Positions 48,265 to 60,820 of a stretch of 64,000 nucleotides of DNA are shown here, piece after piece. Below the pieces are notes generated by a model. That model was not told the origin of the DNA. It worked only from the letters and a program-made list of their open reading frames with translations, and did no database searches. The translations under genes and the position numbers were made by a program. Numbering within the stretch: the first letter of the stretch is position 1; each line of letters begins with the position of its first letter. Source of the stretch: Dipteris shenzhenensis (Eukaryota); NCBI GenBank assembly GCA_047967505.1, contig CM106538.1; one strand, given 5' to 3'.

Positions 48265-49408
48265 TGTGACGCTCCAATTTTGTATATGAAATATTTTGGA
48301 ATATATATCACATATAGTGTTCAAAAAGGATGGTTTTGATGTTTTGAAGGTTTTGGGAAAGTTTGGTGTTGGTCGAAAAATTTTGGTTTTTGTCCATTTT
48401 GGTGTCGGCTGGATTTTGCGGCTTGATTTGAGTTGGTTAGAGAAATAATTTGAAGAAACTCTGTATGAGAGAGTTTTAGATCTTGTTGAGTAGAAAAACT
48501 TTGTCCTAGTGAAAAATTTGTGGTTCACTCGTTTGCATGCCTGTATGGAGGTTAGAAGTTGCTTACAAAGTGGTTTTGAGCTAAAAGTGCATCTAGATTT
48601 CCGTGTCAAGAGTTGCAGGCATTAGACGGAGGTCGAGATGGAAGAGTTAGCCATGAAAGGTCAAATGCAAAGGGAAGGAAGAGGGTCCAATCTTCGAGAT
48701 GAGCTATTGAGCTTGTCCATTGGATCTACGAGGTAGGAGTGGTGATGCTCCGAACAGGGCCGTTTTCATGCCTTTAAAAAAAAAGAAAAAAAAAAGAAAA
48801 AAAGAGACACGTCGAGATTCCGTACGCATTTGCTATCCTAAGTGCACGCTAAAAGAAGATGAAAAGCACATGCACGCTTTTCGAGAAAAGCTGTTTTTGG
48901 CCGATTTTGGAGGCTTTTGGCTGCTTATTTTGGAGTCGTGAAAGGCTATAAAAGAAGAGGAGATCGTGAGAAGGAGAACACACAATCCAACGCACGCATA
49001 TCGAGGCTGAGCGAAAGAGAAGAGAAGGCATGCATCTCGAGGTTGCTTGAGCGAAGAGAAGGCACGCATATCGAGGCACTGTGAAAGTGACAATAGCGTA
49101 GGCGAATCGAGGCAGCGCAAAGAAGAAGATAAGATCAAGATATTTTGAGAGTGAGAGTGAGAGTGTGATTGAGATTTGATGATTGGATCATCTGATTTGA
49201 ACATCTTCATGCGAGTGAGAGTGAGAGTGAGAGTGAGATAGCTCGGGGGTGGACGGGTGGTATCGAGCTCCTTCACAGAGTGATTCTTCTCCAAAATTAT
49301 TCTAAAGACTCATCAGTTTGATTCATACTACAATCTCTCTTCTTGTTCATTCGTGATTATTATCTTGCTACAATTTTGATCGTGATTGTGAAAGAACGGT
49401 GCGTGACA
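48265..49408 (+). repeat. 3' LTR (1144 bp)
   Basis: Direct repeat of 27835-28983, followed by TSD GGAAG. Confidence 0.97.
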
Positions 49409-49615
49409 GGAAGTCATGGTTGCCTTGACATTGTTCTAGCACAATAATATGAGAGTTTCTCTAAATAATAAGAACATTTGTGGGCTACAGATTGGATGCA
49501 ATACACATGGTTGACACAATGTAGGTCAATCAAAATTTCAAAGCTGTCTTGGCCTATCTTTTTTCCTCGCAAATCATTATGTTGGTACATTTACAGTTGC
49601 ATCTTATGAAATTTG

Positions 49616-49641
<26 letters not shown>
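49616..49641. repeat. (GA)n microsatellite
   Basis: Visible dinucleotide run. Confidence 0.9.
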
Positions 49642-49647
<6 letters not shown>

Positions 49648-50197
49648 ATTCTCTTACAAGCTTGGTGTTGAAATAACAATCATCGTGCTGGTTCTAGTTG
49701 AGTGTAACCATTTTTTGTGAAGTTCAAGGTGATGATGGAGTGCCAATATTTAAACATCATGCTGGGTGTGTCGGTTTGGAGAGGAAGATTTTCTATTGAA
49801 TTCATGAGTCTGCAACTTGTTGGGGAGGGTTGTTAGCGAGAGAGAGGGAGCTACTTGCCAAGGAGGGGAGAAATAACAATGGTTGCAACCACTATGCTAG
49901 TTGTCTATTGGTATTATGATGGTCAATTTTCATTTGCATTTTCTGAAATTTGGGGGGCCAAGCCCAATTTGAGCTCCTTGTCTTTAAGATCTTTTGCCCA
50001 AATGGAAAATTGAGCTGCAACATCTACTTTCTTGTCGTGGATAGTTGTAGTTGGCAGGCACATTTGATTTGTCCATGACTTGGGAATGCCAAATGGCATT
50101 CTCTACGTAGTGATTTTGTATGCACAAACACTCCAAAGCAAAAAACGTGCACAGAGTGGTAGAATGCAGGCCATCAGAAACAGCAGTCGTCTATGAT

Positions 50198-51115
50198 GGG
50201 GGTGTTGGAGGTAATGGCCTTCACCCTCATGTGCATGTGTGGAAAAATACAAGAAAAAGAGGGGGAATACCCTGTGTTGTTGACACGTGTACAAAAAGGG
50301 GGATGACCATCCCATAATCACTTGTGGCCCTTGGAGAACCTTGTATATAATGCCTTGATTGAGCCCCTCTCTCTCATTCCTCCTGGGACATTTTGGGAGA
50401 AGAGAGAGGCTTCTTGCATGTGGCTATGGGGTGGGGCTTGGGACCCCTACACCCGATGTGTTTCCCAAGGTGACACATGGCATTTGCTACATGTCCCTTT
50501 AGTTGGTACCAGAGCCTTCTTTGGCGATGTTTTTGCAAGCTGTGGCAACACGTGGTAGTGTGATGCATTTTTCAGATAGGTCCTTGGCTGCAGAGTGTCA
50601 TGATCTATGGCGGATATTGAAAGTGTGACATTATTATGGTAGGGTGGCTATTGCTAGCACCGGCGGTTGTTTGTTTATCAACTAGTTTGGTTTGACACGT
50701 GGGATTTGAATGCAATTTGGGGCAGCTTTGATTTGTGCATATCTCGGTGTTGTTTGTGATGCATGAACCTTTGTGTATGGTTGGATTTAATGCTTTGGGT
50801 TCGTCCATGGGGGGGTGTTGGAGGTAATGGCCTTCACCCTCATGTGCATGTGTGGAAAAATACAAGAAAAAGAGGGGGAATACCCCGCGTTGTTGACACG
50901 TGTACAAGAAGGGGGATGACCATCCCATAATCACTTATGGCCCTCAGAGAACCTTATATATAATGCCTTGATTGAGCCCCTCTCTCTCATCCCTCCCGGG
51001 ACTTTTTGGGAGGAGAGAGAGGCTTCTTGCACATGGCTATGGGGTGGGGTTTGGGACCCCTCACTCGGCATGTTTCTCAGGGTGACATGACGTGGCGTTT
51101 GCTGTGTGTCCCTTC
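50198..51115. repeat. ~300-bp direct duplication (50198-~50500 and 50811-~51115)
   Basis: gggggtgttggaggtaatggccttcaccctcatg... occurs twice with high identity. Confidence 0.85.
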
Positions 51116-52504
51116 AGGGGGTATGGTAGACCATGCATTTTGGACCTTGCTGCATAGAAGGATATGCATCTGATTTAACTATTGTGACCGTCAATACCAC
51201 AGTCTTTCTCTGTACATGACAAAGTTGCTTCTTGATTCCTTCCTCCCTCATCCTAAGGCTGCGAATGTTCACCTTCATCTCTGCCACTTTTTGCTCACTC
51301 TGTGCAACATCTTCATCTGAATCCCTCAGCATCTATTGAAGCTGCGTAAATTGCTGAAAAAAATCTTCATGGGCGGTTGACAAGACTTCCACTTTAGTTT
51401 GGAAATCTTGTAAGACGATAGACTTCTTTTCATAACTATCAAAAGCCACGACACGCTCGTGCAAACAACTATCCCGATCTTCTTTCAGGGTCTTGTAGCT
51501 TGCTCTTTGGACTTCCAATAGTGTTTCAAAAAAACAACCCTCACTGTGGTTACTGTAAAGTGCTCCACCGTAGTGACTGGAACTTGCTTCACCATGCTGG
51601 CTGGAACTTGCTCCATCATGGTGGCTGGAACTTGCTCCACCATGGCTTCTCTCTGCATCCTTCCTGGCCTAGGGAGCTGTCTCATTGTAAGGCTTCTAAA
51701 AAGATTTTTTTGAGGAAGAGAAAGAGGGGACTTCTAAGAGAATTTCAAGGGAAGCTCCAATATAATGACAATTTGGTGATCACAAGTTGGCATCGTGAGA
51801 AGTGCAAAGCCAAACCAATAAAGTATCGTCATAACAAAGACTGAAGCAGCCATAGTTGCATGATGTTCCAACCATCGAGTTGGTTTAGTAAAATGACAAT
51901 ATATTGCGAAATATATTGCTGTTAATTTCTGCTCAACCATGCGACTGGGTTGGACAACTAATGTCTGTTCAACCACACTAGTTCAGGACAATCACATAAC
52001 TGGTGATTGGGCTGAAATATTGACTCCACCATATTTACTAATATGAGCGTTGGGGTATATGTCTAGAATGTCCTGTCTCTTCCACTTCTTCTCAAAAAAG
52101 TGTGCTTGCAAACTGCCTCCAGAAATTCCTAGAGCATTTTCAATCATGCTTTCATTGATGGTAATCTTCTGACCTTGACAGACTAGTTGCCCCTCCTTCA
52201 CGTTCACCTCATGTACCATCCTGGTGAAGTTTTGGAGAGCATCCAAATTGGGCTTTTGAAGAGCAAGAGAGGAGCTCCCATATGTCACGATTTCAAGATT
52301 AGGGGAGGAGGGGCTCTCGAACTGTGCTGCAGAGGGGGAGGAAAGATTGTGTGAGGAGCTCTTGGACTGTGCAAGGTCCATTACAAGAGGGGATAGAGAT
52401 TTGAAAGAAGAGTGAAAGGGAGATAGAAATGGTCGAGAGGGATAAAAGATGAAATAGTGAAGGAAATGGAATAGTCGAGGCTTGAGTTTGTAGTCTGATT
52501 GCAA
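51114..52504 (-). pseudogene. Decayed TE accessory ORF (coiled-coil and plant-transposon-protein-like fragments)
   Basis: Collinear minus ORF fragments, including GQKITINESMIENALGI and coiled-coil-like stretches, with 21-bp internal repeats. Family not identifiable. Confidence 0.3.
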
Positions 52505-53833
52505 GGGAGAAAGAAATGGTTGAGAGGGATAGAAGATGAAGCAATGAAGGAAATGGAATAGTGGAGGCTTGAGATTGCAAGGGAGAACAAAACGCTCGAG
52601 AGGGATAGAAGAGGAAATGGTTAAGGGAATGGAATAGCGGTTTGTAGCCCGACTACACTGTCAAGGTGAGAGCCACCACGGTGGCTCTAGTGGAGGCTTG
52701 AGATTGCAAGGGAGAATGAAACATTCGAGAGGGATAGAAGAGGAAATGATTAAGGGAATGGAATAGCAGTTTGTAGCCCAACTACACTGTCAAGGTGAGA
52801 GCCACCGTGGTGGTTGTAGCCCAACTATTGTCAAGGTGAGAGCCATTGTGGTGGTTGGCCCAAATCTTGAATAATTCAAGGCGGCAGTACTAACTTGCAT
52901 GGTAATGAATGGTTAGAGGTGGTGGCATCTAAGATTCCCAGCCACGTCTGTGGTGGTGGCTAAGACCCACCCTCGACCCACCAGGCTAGCAGTTAATTAC
53001 TAGCCACTGCAGTGGCCCGCAATTACTGAGCTTCCAGGTACCACCACCGGGCTTATTACTATGAGTGTAGTAAATTATGGTAATGAGGGATTAGAGGTGA
53101 TTAGGCTTCATGATTTACATTTGTGGGAATTACTGCCCAATGGTGGTGGTTCTCATCAGCCATGTCTATCATGGTTACGATTCCACCGTGCCACCGCTCA
53201 CCCACCACCGCACTTTAGCATGCATGATCACTATGGGTGCAGTAAAAATTACCAGTCAGTGGGATCACATGATCAATAGAGAACTAGAGTGCATGGTCAT
53301 GAGTGATTAGACATGGTAATGAGAATAACTGCCCAATGGTGGTGGCTCTCATCAATCACGTCTGTCATGGCTAAGATTCCATCAAGCTGGTAGTTAATTA
53401 CCAGCCACCAGAGTGGCACCACATGGCGTCTTCTTCATGATTACTAGCTCGTTTGGGGGATTCCACCATGGTGGCTTGCAATTAATATGCATGGAACCCT
53501 AGGCTCCAGCCACTGCGGTGGCTTGAACTTTATAATATATATAAGATCCATGGCTTTTGGCATTTTACTATGTTGCTCTGATCCACCCATGCTCCACACC
53601 CCTCCTCTAGCTCTTTTCCGCCCCTACTCTACTTTGCTCGATGCTCCCTCCTCCAACTCTCATCCACTGCATCTGCTCCCTTGCTCATCTGCTGCTCATA
53701 CACTCATCTTCAGCATGCCTAGTACCACCCCCCCTTGATGCTTTGTGATGCCAATAATATCTGCTTTCTCATATAAGGTGATTGCGTTGCACTCACCTGG
53801 AGTAGAAATGCTAGCACTAGTGGAGACCCTTCG

Positions 53834-54269
53834 TTCCCACAGGTGATTCCCCACACATTTGAATGTCATTACCTTAAATAACATGCTCATAGAGGTCCTC
53901 TTTATGGCTATGCTATATGGGTTTCCCCTAGATGTCAATGAAGGCCTCAATATTTTTTGATTAGAGTACTCTCAACTTGTTGGGGGGGCTGTAATCTGTC
54001 CTGGCAATGTGCATAGTCTTTAGCCTCTCCATCATATCCTCCTTTGGCTCATTCCCACAAGTGATTCCCCACACATTTGAATGTCATCACCTTAAATAAC
54101 ATGCTCATATAGGGCCTCTTTATGGCTATGCTATACAGGTTTCCCCTAGATGTCGATGAAGGCCTCAATATTTTAGATAAGAGTACCCTCGACTTGCTGG
54201 GGGGCCTGTAATTTGAGTCCTGGCAATGTGCATGGTCTTCAGCCTCTCCATCATATCCTCCTTTGGCTC
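53834..54269. repeat. ~218-bp tandem duplication
   Basis: ttcccaca.gtgattccccacacatttgaatgtc... at 53834 and 54052. Confidence 0.85.
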
Positions 54270-54818
54270 CCTAAATTTTTTTAATGCAACAAGCTAGATT
54301 GGTGGAAAATTGAGTTGTACAAATTTTCTCTTTCTCAGACGAGGCTCTCAGCAATGGTTGGATGTAATCTTTTGGGCTCTCATTGATCTTTTGGCTCACT
54401 GGATGTAATGTTTTGGTCTCTGAGGCATTTATGTAATCTCTTTTTGTTCAATTTGAGGCTCTCAGTATGCATAGTTGTTAACTTTATATTTGTATTTGAA
54501 TGGTTATGGCTGCTACCTGTAATCTTTTGGCCTTTAAGGCTCTGAGCAATTACTGAGTTTTTATAAATGTAAGATCCTCTGTTCAATTTTTGCTCGGTAT
54601 AAGTTGATAATTTTTATGTAACCTGTTATTGGACACAGATGTACATTGTAATCTCTTTTTCTCAAATTTTCCTCATTTATATTTACTACAACAAGGACTA
54701 CAATTTCCTTGGTTTATGACCAAAATAGCGCTAAAATAACTCCAATGACCCCACCATTGTGGTTGCATGGAGATACTTCTAGAAAAATACAAATAAACTT
54801 TCAAAAAATGAAATTGAT

Positions 54819-54956
54819 GATATGGCCCTTGAGGGGTCCCCTCTAGGGGCAAGGGCCATATCGACGTGCATTATATAATATCTAGGATGCCACTGGATAG
54901 AAATGGAATGTCGATATGGCCCTTGCCCCTAAAGGGGACCCCTCAAGGGCCATATC
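54819..54956. repeat. Double hairpin: 47-bp inverted repeat whose arms are themselves palindromic
   Basis: 54819-54865 versus 54910-54956 (1 mismatch). Each arm is bounded by GATATGGCCCTTG...CAAGGGCCATATC. Confidence 0.85.
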
Positions 54957-55559
54957 TTCAATTACATTTTGCTTGGTTGCACAACGGAATACATTTTCCT
55001 TGGCACACAAATATATACTTCCAAGAACCAGCGCTGTGGCTTTCATAGATCTCGTTCTATTTGCGAGTGCACTGGTCATCATAGACCTCCTCCTATAATA
55101 CGTAAAAATAGGTAATGGAGCTATAACTCCAAGAACTAGTGCGGTGGTCTCTCCAAGACAACCTTAAGTTTTGGGCGATGACATGTGGTCAGCTGTGCTG
55201 AGGCAATGCTCAGAATGATAGATTGCATCTCATTATTATGCCAAAAACCAGCGCAGTGGTCTCTCCAAGCCAACCTATGATTTGCATGGTTTGCAAGAAA
55301 AGAAGCGGCAAAAGGCTACACGATGACAAGTGGTCAGGACAGAGACTGTGCTGTAGCGGTGTTTAGAATGATAGATTGCTTCTAATTATTACAGCAAGAA
55401 CCAGCACGGTGGTCTCTCTAATCCAACCTTCAATTTTAATGATTTGCATGGGTGTGTGCCCAGTGACAGGTGGAAAAGTTACAGCAAAAGGATGCATGAT
55501 GATAACTGATCAGGCGGCGTAGGCCAGAGACTGCACTGTGCGAAGTAGTGCAGAGCTCA

Positions 55560-55799
55560 GGGGGGTCACTATGTATAAACCCTCTATATCACGTGCGTTC
55601 AAGGCCTATATTTAAAGTCCCTTATCTGTAAAAAATTTCATTAATAAAATGTACCCCTTTTCTATACAAATCTGTAAATTTTTTCCAAAACTATTTTAAA
55701 TAGTCCCTTATGTATATTTATTTTTGTAAATTTTAGAAATAAAAAAAATCCTTCTGTTGAACTCACGTGATAGGGTTACATATGATGAGTGACCCCCCC
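55560..55799. mobile_element. Putative MITE (~240 bp), copy 1
   Basis: Termini GGGGGTCACT...AGTGACCCCC with an AT-rich interior. A related copy lies at 57129-57357. TSD not clear. Confidence 0.55.
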
Positions 55800-56034
55800 A
55801 AGGTGCAGAGATGCCATGTGTCAAGCTATGTGGTGTTCTAAACAAATAGACTGCGTCTCATTATTACACCAATGTGCCTTCATGACATCGGGGAAATTTC
55901 CAATGAGAGAGTGGGTCCACGCAAAATTTAAATATTCACCTAGGAGCGCATCGTGTCGCAACCCCAAAATGGCCCCGAAAATAGTTCTGCGATTGGCTAC
56001 ACCCAAGCAAACGTTGACCCAAAAAGTACAAGGC

Positions 56035-56300
56035 ATGCGAGCATTGTGAAAAGACCAATCATCTTGAAAAAGATTGCTACAAGATCAATCCTTGCACTTA
56101 TTGTGGTAAGAACAATCATTCAGAGAAGTTTTACAATGAGAAGAAGAAAAACATGGCAAATCTGGTTGAAGTGAGAACTTCATCAGCAAATGAAGAATCA
56201 AACATTGTGGTAGAATATAAAGACTTTGTCTTTTGAGCTTTTTTAATCATCACTTGGTGAATTTTGAGGTTCTCTACCTGGAATAGTACTCCAAAAAGAA
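56035..56300 (+). mobile_element. Copia-type gag zinc-knuckle remnant
   Basis: CEHCEKTNHLEKDC followed by CTYCGKNNHSEKF (tandem CX2CX4HX4C-type knuckles), read from 56036. Confidence 0.6.
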
Positions 56301-57128
56301 TGATATGTGTTTTGTGTTTTGTGTTTTGTAAATCACCTTTGGTCACCATATGATATAGGCCATGTGATATGTGTTTGCCTCCATGGTACCTCTTGTAGAC
56401 ATGAGAAACTAGGTTCACACAAAGGCCTAAGATTAATCCTTATACATGCAAGGGAGATAACCATTGGGGGGGGGGTCCATTGCATTTTTGTAAACCTTGA
56501 CCCTTGGGCACCCTTGCTAGCATGAGATCCTAGCCATATATTTATCCTTGACCACCATGAGATGGCTTGTGAAACTATGTGACTAGATGTATCCTTGACA
56601 TAGCAAGAGGCAAACCCTTGAGGGGGGGGTATGTTGGGATATGTGTGATCAAGGGCTTGCTAGGTGCATGTGTGCATCCACTAGCAGTCATATGGTTGTG
56701 TGTGTGTGTGTGTGTAGAAGAGGCATACTTAGTGCCATATTCCATGACATAGGTGATGATGTAATGCAAGGCCCCCCACATGGGGTGGTACCTATGATTG
56801 TGGAGTTCCTATGATTTAGGAGTTACCTCCTTTGATGTAGGAGAGGTGCCATTGATTTAGGCCACCCTCTCTCCCATTCTATAAAAGAGAGGACTTCCTC
56901 TCAACTCAATGGAACATTTTGCCATTTGGTTCCCACACTCTTCTCCATGATGTCCATCTTCTCTCCCACGCCCCAACAAAAGATCAAACTAAAATAAGCT
57001 AAAACTAAAACTACCACTAGAAAACTAAGAAAAGCTAAAACACTAAAACTAAGACAAACACTAACAAAAACTAATCTATGTTTTATAACCAAAAACTAAA
57101 CCAAACATTTATACTTAAAAACTAAGAC

Positions 57129-57357
57129 GGGGGGGGCACTATGTAAAATCCCATATGGCACAAGTGATCAAGGGGTATTCAACCTATACATACCCCTTTT
57201 GTAAAATTTGAGATGATCAAAGTATCTCTTATGTATGAAAACTTTTAATTTTTGAATTAAGAAATCCTTTATGTATGTATATTTTCTGTCACTCCATAAA
57301 AGTATAAAACCCCTTCTGTTGATCGCGACGTGCTATCTTACATGTCTCAGTGACCCC
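57129..57357. mobile_element. Putative MITE, copy 2 (diverged)
   Basis: GGGGGGCACTATGTAA...CAGTGACCCC; the interior resembles 55560-55799. Confidence 0.5.
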
Positions 57358-59815
57358 TCGAGAACTAACACTAATATCATCAAAAGATAATCTAAGATTT
57401 TTTCTAAGTACCTTCAAATATTTAACTGAGTCATCCAAAAGGTGTTGAAAAGTTTCTATGCAAAGTGCATGGCTTTGAAAGTAGAAATGAAAGAGCTGGA
57501 GAAGAGGCATGAGAGAGGCATGGTGTCCAATTGCAAAAACTGGTAGGGTGAAAGAGGAGAGAGGAATTATATGATGTGCAAAAGGTTACAAGGCGTTTGC
57601 CACCTAATCACCTCATGAAGACTTAATTGTTCATCACACATATTGACAAATGAACCTCGTGGGTTGGTACATTGAGTCCCTATTTTCCTGTCCAAGGAAT
57701 AATGACTATAATTATCAAATCCCTATCTTCCTAGTCATCAAATCCCTATCGCCCTTTCTATGCATATGATTATCTCTCTCACACAATGCACAATTTATTT
57801 AACACTAGTTTGGTAGAAGGACATAAAAATGTCCTAGGATACTTTTATGTCCTCTTAACTTAGCCACTTCCTAGAATTATTCAAAAGCATCCATAAGCTA
57901 TTTTGAGGTTTTTATTATTTGCCATAATAGCTTATATGCTGAAAAAAACTTGAAATTATGATGGATTAGAACTTGCACCTATTACTTTGAGTTCTACCGA
58001 GTCAACCTAACACCAAAATCTCAAGCTGTTTCTCAGGTTTTAGATAAAATGACCATACTTCTTCATTAGAATGAGTTTTTTTAGATTTTGTAAGTTCTAG
58101 AGTCTAAGGATAACTATAACACATATGCTTAGATTGCTTTGGAGCTAGATAATTATATTTATTATGATTTATGGCCTCAACGATCATTTTAGAGAATCCT
58201 GACAGCGAGGCAAAATTTGATCTTTTGCAAACTCTTTGACATGTATAACAAGTTATACCATACTTTGCATATGTCTTGAATGGGATATTATGGAGGATCC
58301 AATAGGCCTAAAACTAAAGTTGTAGAGGACTTATCTAGAAAAATAATTGGATGTTTTTAAAAAAGAAATTTAATGTGTACTTTTTCTAATTCATTAGTAA
58401 TGCTAGGTTGATCTAAGCTTAGTTTCAAAATTGATGGAGTATAAATGTGTCATACCCTCTTTTTGATATATCCCTTTTATGAAATGTGTGGAACTTTCTT
58501 GACAGAGTGCATATATCCTTTAGAGCGATGTATAATTCAAAATATGTTCACATGAGCATGACTTTGGATGACCTTTTTGCACAATGGATTGATAACATGA
58601 ATAGATATGTACAAGGAAATTTTCCAAATGCAAAGGGAGAATTGTTACTCAAGAAGATGACAAGCACAAAGCTTCTCACCTATGGAGAAGTGGGAGAAAT
58701 TTCCCAAGCGAAGGGAATAAGGTTGGGACCGATAATTTTTTGGTGTATATTAGGGAATATGGAATATTTCATGATCTTCTATTTGAAAAATGAGAGGGAA
58801 GCACACTGTGGATCATGCTCTACAATCAATGTGTTTAATTCTTGGATATATTAGCACTTTCATGTGGGCATGTTCAGTCAATTGCATGACATAAGAATAT
58901 GCGTAAGATGAGAAGAATTGTTAAGGAGTTTCATAAAAAAATTTCCATAAAACTAAGGGCCATAGGAATGCTACTCACATTACGTAAATAAATTATATAG
59001 ATTGGACAAGCGAGGCATTGAATGCATGCTTCAAACCTTACTTGCAATTTAAGCAAATGATAAAGAATTCACTACTACTAACACCTTTCTTATTGATGAT
59101 AGTCTATTTAAGGGGGTGTGTAGCCTTTAAAAAATTGTATTATATCCATTTTGTTTTATGGTAGATGAGACTAGTGATAATGATCTTCTCCCTTATGTGC
59201 TTTTATTGCTCGAAAAGTGTAGACATAAGGAACATTAACAAGATTGATGATTATGAAAATGAGCCAATACATGTCACTCATCATTTGTATAGGTATTTCA
59301 AAGATGTAATTTTGGAACGGGAGAACTTTACTACTAAGTACCTTGGACCAATTGGCTCAAAATGAGTATTTAGTTCATGTAGTTCCACAATGAACAATCA
59401 ACAAAATCTCGAGACTCTCATGTTGCGTTTGTATGTCGTCAAGGTCGTCACTCGTCAGGAATACAGTTGCAATCAACCTTTCTTGACAGACGAAAAAGTA
59501 CCAAGGTCGACCTGCAGGCTCCCTGCAGGCCTCCCTAGGTACTTTCCCTTGAGATTTTGAAATCAAGCAGATATTGCCATTGAATGACCGGAGTGCTCCT
59601 GTGAAGTGTCACCAAATCACTACTTTTTCTGATCGCGCAATAGTTTTTGACGTAACGGGAAGAGAATCGGATTCGTCACGCCTGCCCCCGTAACCCCCTT
59701 TCGCATCTTTGATTACTGCCACTTTTCTGTATAAATAGGAACTTAGGAAGCCAGTCTTTCAAACTTGTAGCAACCTACACAGCTCCCCATCTTGTTCTTC
59801 GTCACAGCATTCAAC

Positions 59816-60352
59816 ATGTCGCACCACCACCACCACCCCGAAGAAGTGTACTATGATGAATCCTACGAAAGGACTTCCTATGAGGAAGCTCCGCCCCCTC
59901 GCTGCCATGAAGGATCTTACGACCGCTACGCCAGCCGTCCTTACGGAGAGACCTACGAGCGTGTAACAGAGGAGGAAGCCGATTACTCTCGCCGCCAGGA
60001 GAAGGGCGCGCCCTATCAGCGCAACGAGCGCCTCGGTGAGCTGGGTGCCGTTGCAGCAGGAGCATTCGCTTTGGTAAGACGATTCCAGACGTCCCTGTGG
60101 GTCGTCGTGGACGTTAGTATTTTTCCACCCTGGTTTTTAGGGGGTGATTGCGGGAAAGTCGATGAGTAATAGACGATTCTAAAACGATGTGTCGTGGTTG
60201 ATTGTGTGCAGTATGAAGGCCACAAAGCAAAGACAGATGTGGCGGATGCTGGGAAGCACAAGACAGAGGCAGAGCTGGCTGGAGTAGCAGCTCTGGGATC
60301 TGGAGGTTATGCACTGTATGAGCATCGCGAGAAGAAGAAAGCTGGCTGGTAA
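59816..60352 (+). CDS. ASR: ABA/WDS-induced (ASR-like) protein, copy 2; exons 59816-60073 and 60212-60352; 132 aa
   Basis: Same structure as copy 1. TATAAATA at ~59730, phase-0 GT-AG intron, intact frame. Confidence 0.93.
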
Positions 60353-60820
60353 AAGAAGCTGGCAGTATGCAAAGCGAGGATGCACGAGCACCACTTTTAG
60401 CTGTCCCCATGTACTTCATCCAACTAATATAATATAATAAACCTCGCTTTTGTGACATACTAAGATTTTCCCAATTCCTTTTCGAGTAACTTTTTGGCAT
60501 GCCAAAGTAGAGTTTATGGTTTTCAATCGTATGATGACTCTCGTGAGATTGAAATTGCACTATGTTGTGTTTTTAGAGGATGAGTTTGGGAATGTTCGTG
60601 GATTCATCTTGGTATATGCCAAAGTAGCGTTTGTTTTGGTCTCTCTTATTATGGGACTTGTGTGATAGAAGGGTAATGTGAGAGGGGCTTTAGGTGTTAT
60701 CATAATCTAAGGGTGAGAGGGGCTTTAAGGGTTACCATAATCTCATTTGGCAGGCCTAGTGAAATTTTTACGTTATTAAACTTAACATAAGTGTTGAAGT
60801 TATTTAAAGACAAAGCCATA

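Larger units (their letters stand above)
27835..49408 (+). mobile_element. Complete Ty3/Gypsy chromovirus-type LTR retrotransposon, interrupted by a 14.7-kb DNA transposon
   Basis: LTRs at 27835-28983 and 48265-49408 (TG...CA). TSD GGAAG at 27830-27834 and 49409-49413. PBS, gag-PR-RT-RH-INT-chromodomain and PPT are all present. Confidence 0.97.
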
